10,691 bases of DNA from Octopus sinensis (lineage: Eukaryota), in contig NW_021827340.1 in NCBI RefSeq assembly GCF_006345805.1, positions 1 to 10,691 on the forward strand, given 5' to 3'. The notes beneath the pieces were generated by a model, which was not told the DNA's origin, did not search any database, and was given only the letters and a program-made list of their open reading frames with translations. Numbering within the stretch: position 1 is the first letter of the stretch; each line of letters begins with the position of its first letter. Shown piece by piece: positions 1 to 8,193 of this stretch. Both the position numbers and the translations under genes were made by a program.

Positions 1-148
1 ACACACATAGGCACATTCGCACGTTCACATACACTTATTGACGATGCACACGCTCACACATGCATATAAACACTGACATCCACACAAGCTCACACCCATA
101 AACACATAATCACATACATGCATACACAGAAACTTACACATAAGTATA

Positions 149-199
<51 letters not shown>

Positions 200-420
200 C
201 TCATACACACGTAGACACATCCCCAAACACCTACACATATACCCACAGATATACATATAGAAGCACTCAGACACACAACAATGCAGACACACACACACAC
301 ACACAATACACACACATACACACATGCACACATAGGGATCCATGCATTACACTATTTCATACTCATATAAAATGACATGCACCTCAAAATTTACATAAAC
401 ATCAGCAGCAAACGATATAA

Positions 421-465
<45 letters not shown>

Positions 466-530
466 ATATACGCATACCCTCACACGCATCCATGCATACA
501 AATACACGCACGTGCGCAAGCACATGCACA
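1..530. repeat. Compound (CA)n/(TA)n microsatellite and degenerate CA-rich low-complexity tract
   Basis: Pure (TA)n at about 164-192 and (CA)n at about 424-462 within degenerate CA/TA sequence; explains the HTHT/VCVC ORFs. Confidence 0.95.
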
Positions 531-786
531 GATTTCTCGCTCTGCAAGGACGCCATAAAAGCAGAAATCATTTCGACTTTATGTCACTGTATTAAATGCA
601 TTTTATAGCCTCACTCACGGCACGAGGGTTTAATATCGTTCACAATAAAATATAGCCCCTGTTGATAGGCATTGTAAGTTGAGGCTGCCTAAAAACCAAT
701 ATGTTCGCCGTTTACTGAATTATCGCTGGATTCACTGCATTAAATAAGTATTTTTATAACGATTTGGAAATATTTTATATTCATTC

Positions 787-1025
787 TTTTATTCTTCTGT
801 TCTTTTATCTGTTTCAGTCATTTGACTGTGGCCATCCTGGGGCACCACCTCTAGTAGAGCAAATCGACCCCAGGACTTTGTAAGGCTAGTATTTATTCTA
901 TCGATCTCTTTTACCGAACCGCTAAGTGATAGGAGCATAAACAAACCAGCATCGGTTGGGGGACAAACACAGACACTCAAACATATACACACACATACAC
1001 ACACACACATATATATATATGCATA
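787..1025 (-). mobile_element. SINE family A, 3' half plus internal microsatellite
   Basis: Reverse complement aligns by eye to about 10140-10350 of the full-length copy (gtttcagtcatttgactgtggccat, aaatcgaccccagg, ccgaaccgctaag). Confidence 0.9.
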
Positions 1026-1026
1026 T

Positions 1027-1309
1027 GTCACCGTCACCGTCACCGACCAGGCTATCAGATGTTGCTACACATCGCTGGTCACAATGCGCTCCGCATTGTT
1101 TTAGCCTTCAAATGACGCAACCCCGCTGGCTAAGCGAGCAAGCCAACAGAAGAAAGAGTGAGAGAAAGTTGTGGCGAAAGAGTGTGCCGGAGCCTCGTGG
1201 AGCTTTAGGTGTTTTCGCTCAATAAACACTCACAACGCCTGGTTTGGGAATCGAAACTGCGATCCTACAACACGATCCGCTTGCCCTACCACAGGGCCAT
1301 TTCGCCTCC
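1027..1309 (-). mobile_element. tRNA-derived SINE family C
   Basis: Minus strand begins GGAGGCG, with A box TGGCCCTGTGG (1289-1299), B box GTTTCGATTCC (1247-1257), a unique body and a short (GGTGAC)n tail at about 1027-1047. Confidence 0.8.
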
Positions 1310-1311
1310 AA

Positions 1312-1317
1312 TATATG

Positions 1318-1361
<44 letters not shown>
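1312..1361. repeat. (TA)n microsatellite
   Basis: Direct reading. Confidence 0.95.
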
Positions 1362-1362
<1 letters not shown>

Positions 1363-1364
<2 letters not shown>

Positions 1365-1999
1365 CGAAAGAAGGTTTGAAAATGCAATTTAAAAGATGTC
1401 TATATACTTTACCCGTTTTCACTCTTTGGAAAAAGTTTGTCAAAAGTAACATGTAGAAGTTTGGTTGCGTTAATTATTGGTTGTTACAAATTGCTACATT
1501 ACATATATACAGTCTTTGGTAACAGAGACATGTTAAGGACATAAAAAAGTTCAATGAGTTCCTTAGAATATTGGGCACAAAAGATTACAACATAAATAAT
1601 CATTCTCAAGGACGTGCTTAAGATAGTTTCCAGAAGGAATTGGTATTGGTATTGTATCTGTATATTCAAACATTCACAGAATATTGGTTGACACAGAGTA
1701 CTACAATCCATATAAATATACATTCTTTGGTGACAAGAGCATGTTGAGAATATAAAAGAGTTTAACAAACTCATTGAAATAATGGGTACAAAAGATTACA
1801 ACAAATATATTATACATTCCAGAAGGAATTATTAAAAAAGTTCAGTAAATATTCCCAACATGCTCTTGTCACCAAAGAATGTATAATAATAACGCAACCA
1901 AACTTCTACATGTTACTTTTGACAATCTTTTTCCAAAGAGTGAAACCGGTAAAGTAAATAAACATCTCTTAAAATTGCATTTTCAAATCTTCTTTCGTA
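1363..1999. mobile_element. Non-autonomous foldback element with about 110-bp inverted arms, flanked by TA repeats (possibly PLE-derived)
   Basis: Arms 1363-1472 and 1890-1999 are reverse complements with about 8 differences by eye. Inner 37-bp inverted repeat at 1717-1753/1849-1885. The right arm has GAAACCGGTA (1942-1951) then AATAAA (1957-1962). Confidence 0.8.
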
Positions 2000-2080
2000 T
2001 ATAATTCTACTCGTGCGGTACCCTACAACTCCACGCCCACCACCGCTTGACAAGCTGTGTGGGTGTGTTATCCAGCGGTT

Positions 2081-2198
2081 CGGGCTTCTTTCAGTTTCCG
2101 TCTACCAAATCCACTCACAAGGCTTTGGTCGACCCGAGGCTATTATAGAAGAGATTTGCTCAAGGTGCCACGCAGTGGAACTGAAGAGGGAACCATAT
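2081..2198 (-). mobile_element. SINE family A, 5' half (A box missing)
   Basis: cgggcttctttcagtttccgtctaccaaatccactcac...aaggtgccacgcagtgg is the reverse complement of about 9995-10095. Confidence 0.9.
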
Positions 2199-2284
2199 AT
2201 TTTATATTTAATAAATTCTTTTTTTAAATAATTTTTATCCCCGGAGACGATATCTTACTTGCCGAGACAAAAGATACATGTCCG

Positions 2285-2285
<1 letters not shown>

Positions 2286-2322
<37 letters not shown>

Positions 2323-2342
2323 GCGCGCGCGTACGCGCGCAT
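2286..2342. repeat. (CA)n-(CG)n alternating purine-pyrimidine tract
   Basis: Direct reading. Confidence 0.9.
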
Positions 2343-2345
2343 CTC

Positions 2346-2545
2346 TTTAACTTGCTTCAGTCATTGGACAGAGGCCATGCTGGAGCACCGCCTTGAAAAG
2401 TTGTAGTCGGACCAATCGGCACCATGTACTTACATTCTTTAGAGCCTGGTGCATATTGTATCGCTCTCTTACGCCGAACCGCTGGATAACACACCAACAC
2501 AGCTTGTCAAGCGGTGGTGGGGAGACACAAACACAGTCACTAAGA
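2346..2545 (-). mobile_element. SINE family A, diverged 3' half
   Basis: ttcagtcattggacagaggccatgctggagcaccgcctt matches the reverse complement of about 10290-10330. Confidence 0.85.
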
Positions 2546-2564
2546 CACATTTACATTGATATTA

Positions 2565-2608
2565 ATGTGTGTGTATTTATATGTATATTTATATGTATAT
2601 ATATGCAT

Positions 2609-2654
<46 letters not shown>

Positions 2655-2860
2655 GAGTGTGTGTGTGTGTCTGTATGCGTGCATGTGTATGCATCTGTGT
2701 TTGTTTGGTTGTTTGTATGTGTATGTTTGTGCGTGAGTGTGCGTCTGTGTGTGTTTGTGTGTGTGTGAATGTGTTTGAAAGTGTGTGTGTGTGGTGTTAT
2801 GTGCGCGCGCGAAGGTGATTGCCATATATATATTATATATATGTATGTATGTATGTATTT
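2565..2860. repeat. Compound (TA)n/(TG)n microsatellite
   Basis: Direct reading. Confidence 0.9.
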
Positions 2861-3007
2861 GTGTGTCTGTGTCTGTCATCCTACCATCCGCTTGACACGA
2901 ATGTTAGTGTGTTTACGTCCCCATAACTTACAAAGAACTTCTGGGGTCGATTTGTTCGACTTAAGTCCGTGCTCCAGCATGGCTGCAATCAAATGACTGA
3001 AACAAGT
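2861..3007 (+). mobile_element. SINE family A, 3' half with internal deletion
   Basis: gtgtttacgtccccataactta and gtgctccagcatggctgcaatcaaatgactgaaacaagt match 10192-10335; about 42 bp are missing between two CTTA motifs. Confidence 0.9.
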
Positions 3008-3030
3008 TATATATATATATATATATATAT

Positions 3031-3347
3031 AACCAAAATAAGCAACAAGATATCCAGAGGTATTGCAGTACACGATCGTTTCATGCGACTCCATTTAATT
3101 GAACAATGCAAATATCACATCAATTTTAAAAATTTTATAATGGGTGTAATATTTCTATTGTTCAATTTTCCCTTGTTCAATTAAATGGAGTCGCATGAAC
3201 GATCGTAACTGCATTACCTCTGATATCCTTGTTGCTTAATATGATCACTCCATCCCCTTTTGAATTATATGGATAATACCAATACTAAATTCTGGTGCCT
3301 TTAACTTTAAGTACCATATTCAACTGAATCTAAATTTTACTGAACTT
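3031..3347. mobile_element. Short foldback element between two (TA)n tracts (possibly PLE-derived)
   Basis: Inverted arms 3039-3106 and 3173-3238 with a 25-bp perfect core (3082-3106/3173-3197). Each arm has an outward-facing GAA(A)CGATCGT. About 110 bp of unpaired sequence precedes the next (TA)n. Confidence 0.7.
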
Positions 3348-3422
3348 ATATAATATATATATATATATATAGATTATATATATATATATATTATATATAT
3401 ATAATATATTATATATATTATA

Positions 3423-3810
3423 GAAAATATTTCATCAGCACTGTCCGAATGATTTTTGGCATCACCTTCAAAATACATCCAAGGCTTGGACCACGTGCCA
3501 TCCGTCCACAGCAAAATCTAAATCGCGTCCTCATAACAAAATACGGCACAATTATTTCACCTCAATTGTGTCCCGCTCTCTTTAACATTACACCACCAGG
3601 ACACTTCAAAACAGAAACTGACCACACAAATTCAAGAAGTCTTTGACCAATTCCTTCAAACAGTCCCGGACAAACCACCACACCCGGATATGTCCTCCGC
3701 AAACAATAACTCTCTGCTCGAATGGGCCTTGATGCCCAATCCTGAAGTGAAAGACTTCGCCGGTGGTCTATTAATTTAGACATGGCCAGCTGGCAAAACC
3801 TTTCTAGCTT
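3423..3810 (+). pseudogene. 3' end of a non-LTR retrotransposon ORF2 (CR1/L2-group LINE), frameshifted, plus short 3' UTR
   Basis: Stitching frames gives KIFHQHCPND-FGITFKIHPRLGPRAIRP...RHNYFTSI-PALFNITP...FKKS-DQFLQTVPDKP-TPGYV-SANNNSLLEWA. This resembles the post-RT C-terminus of CR1/L2-group LINEs (P.LFN.LP, FK..LD.FL..PD.P). Flanked by (TA)n on both sides. Confidence 0.75.
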
Positions 3811-3898
3811 ATATAATATATATATATCTATGACTTAGTTAATACGCGATATGTTGTATATATATAGATAGTATAGATATATATATATATATATATAT

Positions 3899-4245
3899 AG
3901 GAATTTGAAGAAATGGAGCTGAACGCAGATTGAACAGAAATCGTTTTATTCATTCTCACGGTTTTCGAAAGGCACAATTACCAAATCCGATTGAATAATG
4001 GGACCATATTGTGTCTTTCGCTTCAGGAAGAAATAGGAAATCCGTTGGAAAAAACAAAAACAGACAGAGGCGGACCAAAAAACAAATCGAACTAGGCTCC
4101 TATATCCGCACCAACGCACGGTTCAACACCATATGGTTGTACCTCCAAACCGTGCTGTTTACTGCTGTGATTTTTGCTACTAAGGGCTCGGTTACACTTT
4201 TGATTAATCTACTACAGATTATTCATCTTTCTATGTCACATTAAT
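3899..4245 (-). mobile_element. Putative Penelope-like element pseudo-LTR/3' end fragment inserted in (TA)n
   Basis: Minus-strand order: degenerate hammerhead core, AATAAA (3945-3950), about 45 nt pyrimidine-rich tail, (TA)n. (TA)n also lies on the other side. Confidence 0.55.
3953..4030 (-). ncRNA. Degenerate type I hammerhead ribozyme-like motif
   Basis: Minus strand reads ttcttc-CTGAAGc-GAAAGACACAAT-29 nt-ATTGTGCCTTTC-GAAA-accgt-gagaa. Stem II pairs 11/12; A9 and the stem III/cleavage site are non-canonical. Confidence 0.45.
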
Positions 4246-4555
4246 ATAAAATTTATATTAATATATATATATATATATTCTATAGATATATATATATCCA
4301 TATCGCGTATTACATACAAGTCTATATATGTTTGATGTATGCTCTTTTGTTCAGTAGCCGTAGGTCAACCACTTTTAATATTAGCTCACTTATGAGGGAA
4401 ACCCTTATAGTCAAGATCAAGGCATAGAAAAGTATTATCCACCATGTTATCCCTATTTTATAGGTGATAGTGTGTGACTCAGGCTAAATTTGGTGGCTAT
4501 TTTCAGCAAATTTAGAATGGCTCACATATGAATTCACGTCAAACGACAGCTGTCA

Positions 4556-4818
4556 TCTCTCTCCCCTTCCTCCAAATCTGCCTGTCTCACTCCTACTTCT
4601 TTTTCCCTCTGATATTTTCTTACTTTTTCTCTCTCTCCTACCCTCTCTCTCTTTTCCTTCTCTCTCTAATATTTTTTTAATCGTCTTCTCTCACTCCCTC
4701 CTCCTCACTCTGTCTCCTTAATATTTTCTTAATTTTTCTCTCTCTCTCTCCCCCTCTGTTTTGATTTTTCTTCTCTCTCTCTACTTTTCTTTCTCAGTTT
4801 TCTTATTCTTACACCTCC
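4556..4818. repeat. Polypyrimidine (CT/T-rich) low-complexity tract
   Basis: Direct reading. Confidence 0.85.
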
Positions 4819-4904
4819 CACTACCAATTCATTGAGCGAGCCGACATCCGAGAGGGTGGGTGTCGCCTTCCATCTGTCAATCATTTGATGCTAGCATACT
4901 CGAA

Positions 4905-5192
4905 TGTGCGTGTGTGTTTGCATTAGTTTGAATGTATTTATATATACATGTGTGTGAATACACATATATATGTGTGTATGTATGTGTATTGTATGTATAT
5001 ATGTTCGTGTGTTTATGAGTATGTTGTGAGAGTGTGTGTGTTTGCATTAGTTTGTATGTATTTATATATACATGTGCGTGACAACACATATATATGTATT
5101 GTATGTATATATGTTTGTGTGTCTATGAGTATGTTGTGTGTGTTTGTGTGTGTGTGTGTGTGTGTTGTGTGTGTGTACGTGCTTGTGTGTGT
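4905..5192. repeat. TG/TA-rich tract containing a two-copy tandem duplication (period 124 bp)
   Basis: tttgcattagtttg at 4917 and 5041; tatgagtatgttgtg closes both copies. Confidence 0.85.
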
Positions 5193-5294
5193 TCAGACAA
5201 GGTAGAAATTGGGGAGGTGCTGAAGACGAAGTGAATGGAAGAGGGACAGTAAGAGCAAAGCAAAGCAGTGAGCGTACAAAAGACACAAGACAAA

Positions 5295-5306
5295 AAGAGA
5301 GAGAGG

Positions 5307-5356
<50 letters not shown>

Positions 5357-5450
5357 CAGACAGGCAGAAAGAAAGAAAGGGAGAAAGCGGATGGTTGAAG
5401 GAAAGATAATATGTAAGAAAAGGAGAAAGCAGAAGAGAGAGAGAGAGAGG
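5295..5450. repeat. (GA)n microsatellite and purine-rich tract
   Basis: Direct reading. Confidence 0.9.
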
Positions 5451-5611
5451 CGTAGTGAGCTAGAGTGGGAGAATTTAAAAAATGGCGGGAAACTTGCTAT
5501 AGCTGTTGTTTTGCTTTTAGTCTACCTTGAATGAATAGATCAATTAACAAAATCGGAATTCCATCCATGCCACTTTACCGCTTTCCGAGTAGTGTACTTC
5601 GAACTACTTTC

Positions 5612-6062
5612 GGATCTTTTCGGTTTGAACGGCAGTTTTTTTCTAGCGGTGTCATATGAAATTGTCACCCATAATTATGACCCTAGTATCGATCTATTGC
5701 ATTTCAATCTGTTTTAGGTTTAGGGGTTAGTTAGGGTTAGTTGGGTTAGTTAGGGTTAGGGTTAGGGGTGGGGGGAAGGCTATCTTTTTTTTCTACACAC
5801 AATGTAAATAAACCCAATCTGTTTCTTAAACGAGGGACATATTCATACGGCACAGAATGTTTTTTTCCTCATAGACGTCATTGATTGGTTGAAATTGCAA
5901 GAAATTGAAGAAAAAACACAATATCTTACAACTATAGAATTTCTCAATAAAGCCAAGAGAAAAAGATGTTTTATAAACACATTCTACCAGTATACGAAGT
6001 TTAAAAGTGTTTAGTTACGTGGAAATTATTTTTAAAAACTGCCGGTCAAACCGAAAAGATTC
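5612..6062. mobile_element. MITE (non-autonomous DNA transposon), 451 bp, 29-bp TIRs, 8-bp TSD; possibly Merlin-type
   Basis: Left TIR ggatcttttcggtttgaacggcagttttt (5612-5640); right TIR aaaaactgccggtcaaaccgaaaagattc ending at 6062 (2 substitutions in the aligned part). Exact TSD ctactttc at 5604-5611 and 6063-6070. GG termini with an 8-bp TSD fit Merlin better than hAT (inference). Confidence 0.9.
5714..5775 (+). repeat. Telomere-like (TTAGGG/TTAG)n tract inside the MITE
   Basis: ttaggtttaggggttagttagggttagttgggttagttagggttagggttaggggtgggggg. Confidence 0.85.
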
Positions 6063-6267
6063 CTACTTTCAGCCGTGCCCTTCGATTTTCAAATCTGACA
6101 TTGTGTGGTTTAAAGGAGATTTGACTGCTATTTCTAGTATGCTCGGTAACTTTTTGTCGCGGCTGTTTTGCTGATTTCTCCGAAAGAGCGTGAATGAAGG
6201 TTAGAGGCCAAGCGTGAGTGGGTGAGGGAGGAGAATAAATGAGAAAGTGACAGATTAAAAGTGTAGT

Positions 6268-6343
<76 letters not shown>

Positions 6344-6346
6344 TAG
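6268..6346. repeat. (GATA)n microsatellite
   Basis: Direct reading. Confidence 0.95.
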
Positions 6347-6691
6347 AGAGGGAGTGAGGTGGACAAAGTAGAAGTGAGAGGCTTATTGAGAAAGAGAGGA
6401 AAACAGAAAGGAAATTGGGGAGGCGGAAGTAAGACGAGGAGAAAGGAAATAATGCTAGAGAGAGAGAGAGAAAATGAAAGCGAGAAAGAAAAGGTTAAAG
6501 TGAGTGTAAGAAGGAAGTAATGTGAGAAAAAGAAAACGAAGTGGTGGAGATAGTGTGGGAGAGAAGGAGGACTGTACGATGAAAGGGAGAAAGATAGGAG
6601 GAAAAAGAGTGGGAGAGGAAAGAAGAGAGAAGGTAAAAAGAAAAATATAAGAAAATGTGTGAGAGTGAAAATATGACGAGAGGGTAGTAGG

Positions 6692-7194
6692 GTTAGAGAA
6701 TGGTAGAAGAGAGAGAAAAGGAGAAGAAGGGAGAGGAGGATAAAGAGGGGATACAAAATGAAAGAGTTAGAGAACGGTAGAAGGGAGAGGAGGATAAAGA
6801 GGGGATACTAAATGAAAGAGTTAGAGAACGGTAGAAGGGAGAGAAAAAGAGAAGACGAAGGGAGAAGAGGATAAAGAGGGGATACAAAATGAAAGAGTTA
6901 GAGAACGGTAGAAGGGAGAGAAAGGGAGAAAAAGAAGGAAGAGAAAAGGAGAAGAAGAAGGGAGAGGAGGATAAAGAGGGGATACAAAATGAAAGAGTTA
7001 AAGAACGGTAGAAGGGAGAGAAAGGGAGAAAAAGAAGGGAGAGAAAAGGAGAAGAAGAAGGGAGAGGAGGATAAAGAGGGGATACAAAATGAAAGAGTTA
7101 GAGAACGGTAGAAGGGAGAGAAAAGAAGAAAAAGAAGGGAGAGAAAAGGAGAAGAAGAAGGGAGAGGAGGATAAAGAGAGTATGCGAAATGAAA
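6692..7194. repeat. Purine-rich minisatellite, 6 units of variable length
   Basis: Unit starts (gtta-ragaa) at 6692, 6766, 6820, 6897, 6997 and 7097, giving lengths 74, 54, 77, 100, 100 and about 98. Confidence 0.9.
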
Positions 7195-7640
7195 GCAAGG
7201 CATAATGAAAGAAATGAGGAGTGATCGATTGATAAATAACGAAATTTGAAGAAAAAAGGGGTTAAAAGATATTGATAGAGAGACAGACACACAGATAGAT
7301 AGATAGATAGACCGTGAGAGGGAAAAAAGAAAGTGCAAGATGGGGTGAAAGGCAGATGCTTAAAGTGAGTGCAAGAGGGAGGTAGACTAAAGAAAGACTG
7401 AAGTAGGAGTGTTAAACGCAAGCCTGACAGAGGGAGGAAAGGAGGAAGGAGAGAACGAGAGATAGGGGGAGGTTAAGCGTAGTATTGGTGGAGGAGGGAT
7501 ATATCACTGTCACTGTAAGTAGTTCGTATTGATAGATGTAATTAAGGGCGGAGTGGTATGTCATTAAATATAGGTCTTTCTGGTTCTTCGCTGACTAGTT
7601 TAGATTTTTGTATTTATGCATCTCTTGTGGCAATACGGAA

Positions 7641-7745
7641 ATCATCATCATCAATCATCATCATCATTCATCATCATCATCATTCATCATATCATCATTA
7701 TTTATTTTATTATTATTATTATTATTATATTATTATTAGTCATCA
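7641..7745. repeat. (ATC)n/(ATT)n microsatellite
   Basis: Direct reading. Confidence 0.95.
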
Positions 7746-8165
7746 GGCGGCGAGCTGGCAGAATCGTTAGCCCGCGGGCGAAATGCGTAGCCGTATTTCG
7801 TCCGCCGTTACGTTCTGAGTTCAAATTTCGCCGAGGTCGACTTTGCCATTCATCCTTTCGGGCTCGATTAAATAAGTAACAGTTACGCACCGGGGTCGAT
7901 GTAATAGACTTAATCCGTTTGTCTGTCCTTGTTGTCCCCTCTATGTTTAGCCCCTTGTGGCTGGTAAAGAAACAGGCGTTTCGTCTGCCGATACGTTCTG
8001 AGTTCAAATTCCGCCGAGGTCGACTTTGCCTTTCATCCTTTCGGGGTCGATAAATTAAGTACCAGTTACGCATTGGGGTCCATGTAATCGACTAAGCCTC
8101 TCCCCCAAAACTTCAGGCCTTGTGCCTTTAGTAGAAAAGATTATTATTATTATTATTATTATTAA
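7746..8165 (+). mobile_element. tRNA-related SINE family B, dimeric copy with (ATT)n tail
   Basis: Head ggcggcgagctggcagaatcgttagc and B-box-like gagttcaaat. Segment of about 7795-7910 is repeated at about 7978-8093. Ends agtagaaaagattattatt. Confidence 0.85.
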
Positions 8166-8193
8166 AATAATTATTATTAAGTAATAATTTCAA

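Noticed and set aside
25-595. ORFs rich in HT, VC and YI dipeptides (also 2393-2996 and 4877-5534)
   Set aside because: Translations of dinucleotide microsatellites or SINEs; no domain signal.
3432-3438. CTGATGA on the minus strand (also tcatcag at 7740, and ctgaaga at 2181 and 5220)
   Set aside because: No stem II plus GAAA partner; these lie in LINE coding, microsatellite, SINE or purine-rich sequence.
4343-4510. Possible old repeat, weakly similar to sequence flanking the MITE (atttggtggctattttcagca vs atttgactgctatttctagta near 6119-6139)
   Set aside because: Similarity too short and diverged to support without an alignment search.
5714-5775. True telomere or chromosome fusion scar
   Set aside because: Short, degenerate and enclosed within the TIRs and TSD of a MITE.
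6692-7194. CRISPR-like constant repeat with variable spacers
   Set aside because: Spacers are copies of one 23-nt purine subunit; eukaryotic context and no cas genes.
6046-7421. Long hydrophobic minus-strand ORFs (236, 146 and 107 aa) resembling membrane proteins
   Set aside because: Stop-poor reading of a polypyrimidine strand and minisatellite.
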